NCBI GenBank assembly: GCA_043228905.1
Contig: JBHGNT010000015.1
Span: forward strand, 13,082,001-13,146,000
Source: Azolla caroliniana
Taxonomy: Eukaryota > Plantae > Polypodiophyta
Length of the DNA: 64,000 nt
Reading direction: 5' to 3'
Below the pieces are notes generated by a model. The model searched no databases. It worked only from the letters and a program-made list of their open reading frames with translations, and was not told where the DNA came from. The translations under genes were made by a program, and so were the position numbers. The stretch's first letter is position 1, and each line of letters opens with the position of its first letter. Below are positions 51,736 to 64,000 of the stretch, piece by piece.

Positions 51736-54700
51736 TCAACGACGTATTGAGAGAGCAGAAAACAAAATGTAAGGGTAGGTTTCCTCACATGCAAATTTAT
51801 GATCAAGGCTTGAGAGACATATTGAGAAGGCCTGCAAACATACAGGAAAAACTTTGTGATTAGTCAAGTAAGTTCCAAATTCCAAAATGAGAAAGCTATT
51901 CGCAAAAAAAATAAGAGAATACTTGTAGCATTAAAATTTCAGAACGGACAGGACCTTAAACACAACTCATTACATGTAGGTAACAGAGCAAGGTTAATCA
52001 AATGATTGTCAAGAAGCATCTCTAAGGACAGTTCATACTACTTATTACTAACTTTATGTTGTCCTATTTTCATATATGAGAGAAAGAGAGACCCACTATA
52101 CCTGTAGAGCTGACATTGGATGCCGATAATCCATGGTAAAATAATTCTTCCCTGCCTGTTATCACAAATACAGTTGGGATTAAGATTGCTGAAAACAAAC
52201 CTGCTTACAAACTTTCTTCATATTTACATTGATGAAATGAACTACAATAGAATAAGAAATTATAGCCCAACAAATATGGTCGAATCTAAGCAAAAAATTT
52301 ACTTTGCAGGGCTTATTACCTATCTACTAACCTTGCCATTAGGTTATAACTATAAGCGAGGAATTTATTGCAAAAAATTCACCTTTCCAAGCTGTAAGAT
52401 TATATAGTTGTTGTTGAGTTCTGTTACAAGCTACAAAAAATAATAAAGAATCAGCTGATTGTGATCCACATTCACACAAAACTTCAACATTGAAATGATA
52501 ACTACATTGCAAAATTAAGGGAATTTTCTTCTAACCTGAAAATTCTTTACGGAAGCATGTGTTGCACGTCCATTGAAGTTTAGGCAATAAGACTTTAACT
52601 GTAGAAACATGATGCATTCAGGAAAATGTTCCTAACATGAGATTTGTTTACATTATATTTTCATCGTTTATTCATTCTCAGCACTCAAATGAAGAAACAT
52701 ACACGTTGCATTTTATATCCAATTTTCTGGATCAGAAGTTTAAACTTCTAGTTTCAAATTATAAAAGTAGGATGCCATTCATATTTTGAAAGCACGTCCC
52801 TCTCATCACAATAAATCAAGTTCCTATTATATAATTAAAGCCAAAAAGAATAAATCAGATCCTACAGAACAATAAGTTTTATCCAGATCACTTGTAAGTT
52901 CTTGTGCAATGAGACACACAGGATGTTAAGCCATCCCGTCTAAATGGAACATGAATCGGTTCCATGTATAATGGGGATTGGTATAAGGTGTACAACCTCT
53001 TCTAATAGATTAAACTTCAGTTAAAAGAAAGCACAATGACCCATCTTATGTTAAAACTAAATAAAGAGGAAAGTCCACATGGTATAAAAGAATTTGAAAA
53101 ACGTTCTATCTTTATAGACTTTTAAATGTAGATACATTCATAACATGGTATGAAGAATGTGACTTTTCAAATATTTGTAATGAATTATTCTGGAAATTTA
53201 GTTCTGACATGGAAAGGCTGCCCAAACAACACAGTAAAATGATAACATGCCATGAAGAATTTCAAAAATTCATAATGAATTATACCAGAAAGTTAGTTCC
53301 GACAAGGAAAGGTTGCCCAAACTTTGGTTTGGCCTTTGTACCAACCTTTTTTTCGTATATATTATTCAAATCCATTTTAGCCCACATACAAAATTTTGAT
53401 GCTCCAGGAATTATTTTTACTTTATATATGACTCAATTCTGCAAATTCTATTTTCTATCTGGATCTTGCCAAGGTTCCTGATGATTGGACAGTGATAGTT
53501 GCAGTTTGTAGAGCACAATTGACTCCAGAAAAAAAAGATGTATCAATGTCTCTGATACACAAAAATGACAGATATGACTCAACAAGATATTACAATGAAA
53601 TAATTGATAGGAATAATCAACTGCTGCCAATGGTTGTCAACTGTTGCCTTTTAATCGGCAATGATCGGCGTTTAGTTCTTAGTCCAGGTGACGGTGGTCT
53701 GTGTGCACGGACACAATGCTATTGCCCAGAGAAGATATATAAATTTGATGCATAAGGCTCAATCAATTTGGATAACGGAAGAACATGGGTCATCAATCAG
53801 ACCATAACATCTTTTGGCAGGAAGATGGCCCACTATAATCCACATGTTTTACACATATCAGCGTCAGATTCATCATTAAGCCCTCTTATATGGATATACA
53901 TCTATCGCATGTTCTGTGCAGTGTAATGTGATAGGGAAGTTATGGACACCTTCACATCAAAGAGGGAGTGAGGTATGCATACACAGCTCTGAAAGAATGA
54001 ATATGCCAAATGTGAAGAACACTATGTTTTGCCACTATTGTTTTTTTATAAATACGAGGGAGATATAATTTCCTCTTTAACCAAGGCTTTGGCCCAGTCA
54101 TCTAATAATGGAATATGTGACGACTGGTGCTTGGGGTTGTTCTTGCTAGAACTTGAGAGATACAAAGAGAAGTTGTTGGAAAACCATACAAGCTCATCAA
54201 AAAAGAGCAATAACAACTTTCTTTAGCGCCATCACCCCTCATGCTGCAAGTTAGTCAAGGGTGACATAAGTGGGCTCCTGACCAGGATATTATTACAAAG
54301 GGGTTACAATTGATCAGGCAATAACAATTTGTTATGCATAAATACAACAGTCTTTTGGACCACAATCCCGCACCCTTGTCATGGACGGATAAACGCTCCA
54401 TTATCTACCACCATCATAGGTGCCTCCCTCACTTTGGAGGTCTATCTGATCGAATCTACAAGTATAGATAATTGGATTTTTTGACACTTCTATTTTGTTA
54501 CACTTATTCAAAGACCAGACAACATTTTAAGATGTAATATCTTGTTTGGTCATATAAACTACTTTGGCCTCTTAAAAGAATTTACTATATCTTTATTTCT
54601 TTTGAGGTGTTGTATTGAGAATCTGAAAAATTCATCAAGAACTTTTTCAGATCAAGATAAAATAATAGCCGAGGAGAGTCTGCAGTTGCATGGACATCTT

Positions 54701-57700
54701 GATTCAGCTCACTCAAGCATTATTAGAGATCGGAAAATTCATCCACAGCATAATTGTTTGAAGGTAGCAAGACGAAGAGATGTTCGCAATTGCACTTCTA
54801 CAACATGTGGAAGACAGATGGAGATGAAGAGATTGTCAGAAAAATCCAACAGGAGAGTGAGACAGAAAGAATTACCTTGTATTTGGTCATGGTACCCTAA
54901 TACTATATAGCCTTTCCATAAAAAGAGTACTTTCAGAAGAGAACTCCTAATTATATATGCTGTCTTCAAGGTGGCTTAGGTGTCTTATCTTTGATTGCTT
55001 TCTTCTGGGACTAGAATTTTATTTAGATTTTCTTTCTTGCAAGAATAGTAGAAGATCATGTTCTTCAGAATATTAGTTGACGTTTTCCGGTTACTAAAAT
55101 ACTCAGAACATGTGATTTTACTATATTCCACCTCTTGGTTCCATTCTGGCATCTTGGTTTTCATGATAACCATTTTTTCACGATCAATACCCTTGTAGAA
55201 TCTATCTAGAATATTTGGTGAATCTCTCAATTCTGGATCAAACTTGAAAGGCCTATCATCAGAATCAATTGCTGGAATTATTGCTGTCATTTTGCGAGGA
55301 CTGTCGACTCCAAACAAGTCTGGATCATATAAAACAGCACCAAGCTCGACTCTATCTGTGGGTCTGTTGTACCTAATGTATACAAACAAATTTGTCTACC
55401 ATAAGGGACTGAAATCACAAATTTGTTGCAAGGAATGAAAATTTATTTCAAGTACTCACCATGATTCATCTCGATTGATTTTCGGTGTGTCCCCTTTATC
55501 ATAGAACCAATATTTTGTTCGGGTAAAATTTGATTGAACCTGTAAATAACTAGATGTCTCAGAGGTTCAACTTCCAATAGTGGGTTTTATTTCCTTACAT
55601 GAAGTATGCAGAACAGTCCACTGTAAACTATTCTGATTCTTTATAAATCCTTTAATACCAACACTTAAGCTAAGCCATTTTGTCATATTTTACATGATCA
55701 CAGAAAAACGGATATGTTACAATAGGTAGCCCTTTCATTCAATACTCAGTGAACTATTCCTTACATACCATGAGGAATCCACCCTGAACCATTCACACCA
55801 AAATTGATAAGATTCTTAGCAACCATTTCAATATGATCTAGTAACTGAACAGATAACTATGGGATAGGCCGTCATTAACCCATTAAAGACTCACGATTCT
55901 TTCAAATATCTATTCTCCTGTCTCATACACTATCAAACACATTGTTTTAAACATAACATAGAATATTTGTTGTATTTTTCAGAGTTTTCAAAATTCTTCA
56001 GATTTCTGCATATACCATGTTTTCTAGAAGAACATGTAAACCTTGCCAAAATATATCTGCAAATTACATGAAGGTATATTTATATAACAGAGGTTTGCAA
56101 CAATGGTATAATAGAAAGGGGTCTATTAAGTGCCAATTCTGCATAGAGTCCTCCTTGCAAGAAAACATCTTTTAATCCTCTCCTAATTTAAGTTGATTAT
56201 CCACCAAGTAAAACACAATTATTTGCTTCCTATTTACAAAGAAATATAGCAACACACTTACGTTTCCGAAGTAATTTCCTGTTTTCATTGAGATGTCATC
56301 CTCATCTAGAGAAATAATATAGTTACTCGTTTTAATCTTCATTCGCTTCCTTGCTGACAGCAAGAAGAAATCACCCTTTGTAAGAAATAATTTGTACCTA
56401 TCAAAATTGAGAAATGGTGCAGGAATGAAACTCACAAATTAATCTGAGACTGCATGTCCAGAAACAAACAACAATGAACATATCCAAGGGGCTTGGGACT
56501 TAAAGTCAATATGAGCTAATAATATGGAACAGAAATGAGTTGTGGTGATTACAGTTGAAAACAAAGATTCTCTGTTTCAGTTTCATGTTTATAAATATTG
56601 GTATGGTGGGTAAATAGGATTGGCCTAAGCTACAGACGAAGCCGAATTTAAATATTTTCTTATCAACCTCATTTATGTGTCTATAGAGCATCTGAAAAAC
56701 TTGTTTGGCACTTTTCTTGAAAATATAACGAAATATGATTGATGGCATGGTATAATGACAGTTTATACTTTAAAATTCGCTCAAAATCACTCTACTTTGC
56801 ATGCGCGTAAATGTTATGCAAAGAGGGTATGGTTATGAAAGGGTTCTGAATGCAAACGAACGCAATTGAAGAAAAGGTGAATGCTTGTTCCTCCTGTCAA
56901 ATATTGCAGTGGACCTTTCCAGAGAAGAGCTCCCAGTAACAGATATCTAATCAAGTGCAGATTCTATGCCTTCTGATTCAAGTTAGCGTTCAATCTTCAG
57001 TCTATGATTTGCAGTGAACGCTTCTGTATCCTTAACATTTCTTTATTTACTTACAAGGTTCTTTCCGCAAAACCTTTTGATCTCTTATGGTTTTATTAAT
57101 TTATCTTCAACACATACGCAAGAAGTCTCCCAAGATATTCTATTTTCGGGGGCCTAAGTGTCTTTGGAGTTCAAATGGCAGTAAGCACACACACAACACA
57201 CGGCCCGAATTGGGTTTCGACACATGGCCTGCTTCAGAGATCATCCACTATTCACATGGCTCATATATTTGGGAACCTTTTTGCCACTTTAGTTTCCTTT
57301 TTGTCAAAACCCTATAAGGAAGCTGTAAAGGTTATAATCATTCAGAAAATTGCTAAATTTCAAGAAAGTTTCGAAAGTTTCTGAAGTTCCAGCAACTTTT
57401 AGAAAACTTTTAAAATTTCAGTAATGAAATGGCAAAATATCATACATGATGCTACCTACTATATGAAACAGTTCCTACTTGGCTATGCTTGCTTCAACTG
57501 AAGTGAGGAACGCGCACAATGGATTATGATATAGTAGATTGTGGTGCTTATTCATGGAAAAAAGTGAACTTTAAGATCAAAAGTTAAAATGATGCTTCAC
57601 TGATTTCAGAAAGGCATTTAATAATCCATAATAATAATTTTTAGAAAAAGAAATTAGTATGGAAGGAACAGGAGTTTCTGATCAGTTGATGGAGGCAGTT

Positions 57701-59201
57701 ATATAATTGTATTAATAATAGTACGTCAATTCAAACCAAAGAAAGCCACTCTCACTTCCAATATTTCGTATTTCTATTCATCAGCTTGAAAAACTCATTA
57801 AGCATGAGTTCAGCACAAAAGATATAAGGTCCATCTTTAACAGGTTTGGTACAGACTATATTTTATGGACTAGGAAGTATGGACAAGCTGTCAGATACGA
57901 CCAAATGCCAACTGCCATCACACTTGTGGTCAATAGAAAGCAAGTGCATTGAATAAGATAGATGGGCTAGCTGTTGGGGTTAACAATGTCCGATATACAA
58001 ACAAAACTTAGATTGTATTCTAGGGCTAGCTCTCAGTTCACCAGCTAAGTTGTATCTGCATCTGCTCATTAAGGAGCACATGAGCATAGTATCAAAATCC
58101 TTGTTGTAATCACATTTTCGATGTTCTGCTAATAATATATTAAGCTCTGTTATCTTTACTGTGGGCTCTATCTCAAGTATCTGCCTATGCATGCTCTTGT
58201 TTTCCACACAATCTAACAGAGGCCGAATTTCAGAAAACATAGAGAAAAAGATAACATTTTTAAGCCACCAGAATAAACAGTACAACCTATGCTATGCGAA
58301 GGTTCTAGAGAGGAAGAGGGCCACGAGGAAAAGAAAGATGGATGTGATAACGTCTTTAAAAGACTTAAAACAGCCAATGAGACTAAAACAATTGTCTACT
58401 CTATGAGAAGCATCAAAGAAATTATATGAGCATCACAGCTCATAAAATAAATCTTTTGAACATTTGGATGGATACATACAGATAAATATTAACATGGATC
58501 CAGCTAACTTATTCTCCAGGTAAATTGCTTCAATGGCCCTTATTAGTCATGCTAAAGGAAACTTCACATCCAAATACATTTTGATACAGCATATAGAACT
58601 ATAATTCTAATAAGGAGAATATGTAGTTTATTCCAATATCATGTAGAAGAGGATACCTTGGATACATGTTGTAAGAGTTCACTACCCTTCTTATGTGACA
58701 TTGGATTTGACCCCCTTGCTTGGGACCCGAACAAATAAGAAAAAAACGCAGATCTGATACATCTGGAATAAGTGGTGCTAAGCATTTTGGAATTTCTTGA
58801 GTGAATTTGGGTTCAAAAATAGGTGTGATCCCATGCTGTAACAATTTCTGTTCAAGAGGCCCTTTCTAGCAAAAAGCAGTGTACACATTAGAAATTAGCG
58901 AGGACAGCATTCATATTTTTTGCTTCATGAAAATTAGGAAAACTTATTGATACCATTGTTTGACGATGTTGTCCAAAATCTGAATCTGTGATATTTTCCC
59001 CTGTGGCTGTATTCTTTTTTTCAAAGAAAACCATAAAATTCAGTAATTATTCAATAAACAATTCTTAGAAATCCTCCATCAATAAAGAACACAAGATATA
59101 TTACAAATCTCATTTAGAAAGACCTTACTATGAGACGAACTTAGACAGATGGATCATTTACCTTGGAAAATCGGCTCCGTAGGCTGTCTCGAAGAGGGCA
59201 T
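51736..59201 (-). CDS. Tubby-domain (TULP-like) protein, multi-exon; 5' end uncertain
   Basis: Phase-consistent GT-AG exons: 58865-58657, 56397-56262, 55539-55460, 55372-55132, 52598-52536, 52430-52383, 52155-52102, 51831-51736. Tentative upstream exons lie at ~59201-59162 and ~59006-58954. Tub motifs: [98 protein letters not shown]. Confidence 0.9.
53765..54450. repeat. Diverged dispersed repeat, copy 1 (copy 2 at ~59970-61035)
   Basis: Shared colinear blocks: ttggataacggaagaa, gaagatggcccactataa, tggtgcttggg.ttgttcttgctagaact, ccattatct, tccctcactttggag. Confidence 0.8.
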
Positions 59202-59610
59202 CTAAGCAACATCTCATTTCTTCCATATGGTTCTCTGGCCGAATTGGGCAATGAGGTACATTCTCTGTTTTACAAAACCAATAATAGTATGTCATAACCT
59301 GGAAAAACAATTCTCAGAAAAAACTCTTGATGCATGAAACTATTGTATGCCATCAATTAAATTACATTATTAAGGAAGTACGCTTCCATCCAATTTAGAG
59401 CCTGGAGTTGGTTCACAAATGCACATCTTTGCTGACAGTACTACAACCAGTGATACATGTGGATGCTATTTACTCAGGAAACCAGACAAGATAAGTCACA
59501 AGACAGGCTCATCAACAAAGATTGTTCCTGAGTTCCTTCAAACTAAATACACAGAAAATATTGCATTGATAGCCAACAGGTTGCCCCAAAAATTACAATC
59601 ATGATGTGAA

Positions 59611-59929
59611 GTTGAACTTGAGATAACAATTGCATCAAAATAGTTTGCTGCACATGGAGGTAAGCATTTTTGGTAAGCTGAGACATAAAAATGATTTGAC
59701 TCACATAACATAAACATAAATGCACAACCCCCATTCATATACAACTTGGATTGTTCCTATTTGAACATGTTGAACTTGAGATAACAATTGCATCAAAATA
59801 GTTTGCTGCACATGGAGGTAAGCATTTTTGGTAAGCTGAGACATAAAAATGATTTGACTCACATAACATAAACATAAATGCACAACCCCCATTCATATAC
59901 AACTTGGATTGTTCCTATTTGAACATGTT
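59611..59929. repeat. Perfect 158-bp tandem duplication
   Basis: gttgaacttgagataac...ttgaacat occurs at 59611 and 59769. Confidence 0.95.
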
Positions 59930-60535
59930 TAAATTGGAGAAGAATAAACTGATCCAAACTTATATTATGAAATTGGATAACGGAAGAAAACTGATAATGG
60001 ATCAGCCCATAAGTCCTCTTGGCAAGAAGATGGCCCACTATAAGCCACAATTTTACACACATCGGAGAATGGATTTTTCATAACAACCTCTTTATATGGA
60101 TATTCATCTATTGCATGCGCTGTGCAATGTGATGCAGCAACTATGAACCTCTTCCCATAATTAGAGATCAAGGTAGCAAGATATGCATGTACATCTCTGG
60201 AAGATAGAATCTGGCAATTGTGATCAAGGAGAGGAATATGAAGAACATTATGTTGTATTATGCAAGGTAATGAAATATGAGAACCAATGGTGCTTGGGAT
60301 TGTTCTTGCTAGAACTCAAGGGACATAGGGAGAAGTTGTTGAAGGACAACAATACAGCCACACAATCTCATCAAAAAAGAACAATCACAGCTTTCTTTAG
60401 CCCCAATACTCTTGCTCATGCTACAAGTCAATCAAGGTCTACACAAATGCTCCTCACTAGAACACTACAAAGTGGCTACAATTAATCAGGCAATAGCAAT
60501 TTGTCTTGCACATAGACCTTGGCCCTGTGGAAAAG

Positions 60536-60985
60536 TCATCAAAACAGGTAAAAGTGTTACGTGCATAACAATACTTATCCCGTGGTAGTTTGTGCTGTAG
60601 TTTTTTACAAATGAGGATAAGAGTTGTGAGGGTTAATGGAGAATATAAAGAAGGGAGGATTGCTTTTAATCTTAGGGATTGAGACAACCCTAAGGACCAA
60701 GTGTGAACTTGACTAGGGGCCTTGGGTCTAGCTATCCTCATTGGGTATCATTTGACTGCGTTGAGATTGTGATATTGTGGTGAATAGACCCTTGTGGTGA
60801 GCGTGCCAGTACCAAGTACGACTCAAAGCCATGGCGGTGGTATGGGATGCCGTTCAAGGTTCGGGCCCGTCTCGATCCCTTTTGGGGGTAGTTGGGTTGA
60901 TTGGCACCCTTCTTTCTCTCTCTGTCTCTTTATTATCTTATCTGTTTCCTTATTGTCATGCTTACATTAGATAGTATCGCTAACA
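60536..60985. mobile_element. Candidate solo LTR (450 bp)
   Basis: Absent from the paralogous repeat copy at ~54380, flanked by AAAAG direct repeats (60531-60535, 60986-60990), and ends in CTAACA. The other end is TC, not TG. Confidence 0.5.
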
Positions 60986-61507
60986 AAAAGCCATTATCTC
61001 CCAGCATCAAAAGTGTTTCCCTCACTTTGGAGATCTTTCTATTATGGATTGACCCATGTTGAGACCTTTTGAAGAAAAAAATAACACTTACCTGACTTGA
61101 GAACGTGGGGATTCTTTCATCACTTTTATTTATATTTAGTTACATTTATTTTGGTTTGTCATTTTCAAAGACAAGACAACATCTTAAGATGAAATTCTTG
61201 TTTTGTCTTATAGCCATTTTGGCTGCTTAAAAGACATTGATCTTTCTTTCTTTCTTTCATGCCAGCAAATTCTTTCTTTCTTTCATGCAGCAAAATCGTA
61301 AAGAAATACATGAAGAATACAGACACAACATACCAAAATAGAATCATGACCAAAATTCTGAGTTCAAATACCAAAGAGAAGCAACAAAATACATTGCAGG
61401 CAGTCTGAAAAGCAAAACATCTAAAATGACTAAAATGTTTTTTTGCAGGAATGTGAGACACCCCTCAAACAGATCTGACATGACATTGGTGAAAATTTGA
61501 TCATAAA

Positions 61508-61612
61508 CCTTATGCACATTTTCTCCTATTATTTATGTTATAGCTTTTGCATTTGAAAATTGAATCACAACCCTTATGTACATTTTCTCCTACTATTTAT
61601 GTATAGCTTTTG
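61508..61612. repeat. Short ~42-bp direct repeat (spacing ~64 bp)
   Basis: ccttatg(c/t)acattttctccta(t/c)tatttatg..tagcttttg occurs twice. Confidence 0.8.
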
Positions 61613-64000
61613 AATAATACATCCCGATATTTCAAAATTATACATCATGAAAAACATTTGTTTTTGGTCTTAAACGTCTAATAAATATTATATACATATA
61701 CAATGGCAACTGAAACTGATATATATTGATAATGTATTTATTTTGGTTGCCGTGTTGCCCTATGGTCCCTTCCAGGACGAAACTATTTCATGCTGAGACA
61801 TTTCAGGATGATGTTAACTAGGAGGCATGGATGGACAGTTGCTCACATAAAATAAACAATACACTACTTGGAAGAGCCACATATCCATTTCAAAGTTGTG
61901 AAGAAAAGAATGTCAAACCTAGATGTTCCCATCTTGAAGACCTCGAATGGATACATTAATGCTGACAATAAGCCCATAGCTATTCTCCTAGATTGTTGTC
62001 GCTTCTTACCAAGAAGAAAGATGCTTGAAGGTTTCTAAAAGACCATAATGACCTATGAGAACTAACAAAGATTACAACAGTTTATGTCAACTCTTCAATG
62101 CAAGTGATAAAGGAAAAATTTTAGATTCCTAAAATCGAATGGCTTGAATATATGTAATCATCCGCTGCAACCAGCACAACTCAGGTTTGGTGCCACAATG
62201 CATTGCAAGCTCGTAGAAGAAGAAATCTTACATGCATGATGCCTCCCTTGCATTTAGAACATGTCTCTATATAGAATAGACTATAAATGACAATTACTGG
62301 GGATCGCCACAACACCTCTGAAATTGTCCTATATTTACCCAAGGTTGATCAGGCTGTCGAAAAAACGTTCAGAAGAGAAAGTAATGGCATTAACCCTAAA
62401 AAGATGGTTATCTAATTGCTAATAACATAGCTCCAATTCATAGGAAGAATTTAGTATTTAATATTTACAAGTACACACATTGTATCAAACTTGATTTTTA
62501 TGTGTTAAGTAAGATCCAGAACAGGAGCTCTGTGAACATTTCCTGTGCAGAGAATAAAATGAATAATCATAATTCATTTCAAAAACTTTCCAAGCTCCAG
62601 CTTGTTATTGGAATAATGCAAGTGTAAACTGAAACTAATTATAGTTTTGTGTGCTTATTATGGCATATGTTCACAGTCATGTACTGTGTTTATTAAACAG
62701 CACATAATATATTTGCTATAGAAAAGACCCATGTGACCTAATTCTGAAGACAATAGAAAATTAGTGTATATACTGCTACAGCTAAATGTATCCCAAGGTC
62801 CACACATAATAAACCACTGTGGGACTTATCATCAACGCACCTGTCACCGTGTTTAGCACTTAGATGTAGGCTGCTTGTTTGGAAGTGTCCCACAAAATGA
62901 AAATGACAACTAGAACGCAAATCAAGAGACAATCCTTTGAGATTGTTGTAACTCCTCCCAGGCATGACTCCCTCCCTATCCAATGAATGTGCTGAAAGAA
63001 TCAAAGACTTCTGAAGTGGAGAGAGTCTATCCATGGCCAAGAACATTCACTCAGATCCCACATCACATAATTCTGCTGTCATCCTTTTCCTTGCATTGGC
63101 ATTTCTCAGAGGTTCCTCTTATGTTGAACGCTCATAAATCAAGACTTTAAAAAAAAATTAGAAGACGCATAATAGTCAAGTTTGAGATAAACCTCATGGT
63201 ATTGATGCATTAGAATTATGAATGTCTCTTCAAAGTCTTACCTTTCATATAAATTTTGAGAGTAATGACTATGAATGCTTGATCCAGGTAAACGAGCACT
63301 TGATAAAGGAGACAGACAGCCAGACCTTGGTGATAAAAATTCATTACTCCCTACAATGACTGCACGCAAGACCATTTCATACTTCTGATAATGAATATTG
63401 TATCTTCTTACAACCAGAAAATAAAAGAAGAATTCCAACAGATTAGAATAGAGAAGAATATTGTTTCTTTGAAGTTCATACCACCAGAAGAACATCGTTC
63501 CTTTCTTCTTTCACTAGTAAGGAGGCAGTTCATAGCCAATTCTATAGTCCCTTCATCCTGCAGATGATATTTTGTTTTCAATATAAAAAGAAAAATTAGT
63601 ATGCACTGTCATAGAGTTTTATAAAGCACCATCTAAAAACAATTTAGAAAGCAAATTAATGAAGATTATTATTTATCCCAGCACATTAATGAAAAAATTT
63701 CAAAACTTTTATATGACCTGAAACAAAAATTATAGTGCTTTAATAGCAACTTTAAAGGGTGATATAATTTGGAGGATGTGGCCCATTGCATATGGCAGAA
63801 CCCTCCAAAAAGTATCTTGAATCAAAATCATGCTTTTGTATAAGAGAGAATTAGCCTACTATAGCACACTACCAAAAGAAGTCAGGATGCTAGGTTTGAT
63901 CTACCTAAGAATAACAATATTCATTGTCCATGATGTAACGTTATAATGTTCACTGGAGTTTTGAGATGGTCATGTGTACGTACATGCACACCAGTATATG

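Noticed and set aside
62738-63560. Minus-strand ORFs as 5' exons of the Tubby gene or a separate gene
   Set aside because: Some splice-like signals are present, but there is no recognisable homology and no phase-verified link to the downstream exons. RNA-seq is needed.

Overview
This is AT-rich eukaryotic nuclear DNA from a land plant; a bryophyte, lycophyte or fern is plausible, but that is inferred. (1) 1-1323 is a dead DDE/D-type transposase remnant. (2) About 1690-36450 is a ~35 kb tandem satellite in which every monomer carries a near-intact tRNA-Ile(AAU) gene on the minus strand (69 copies by manual count). It has monomer classes of about 313, 416, 502 and 865-897 bp, organised into two higher-order repeats: 5882 bp with 12 tRNAs (~3.5 copies) and 3878 bp with 8 tRNAs (~2.3 copies). 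The tRNAs share a T-stem mismatch at the 50:64 pair and mostly lack Pol III oligo-T terminators. (3) About 36450-42000 holds degenerate Ty1/copia retroelements, one nested in another. (4) A MITE-like element follows near 43.8-44.4 kb. (5) 45527-49233 (-) is an intact 10-exon GAPN/ALDH11 gene. (6) 51736 to at least 59201 (-) is a multi-exon Tubby-domain gene that looks TULP/ciliary-type rather than F-box type. All coordinates were read by eye and may be off by a few bases.
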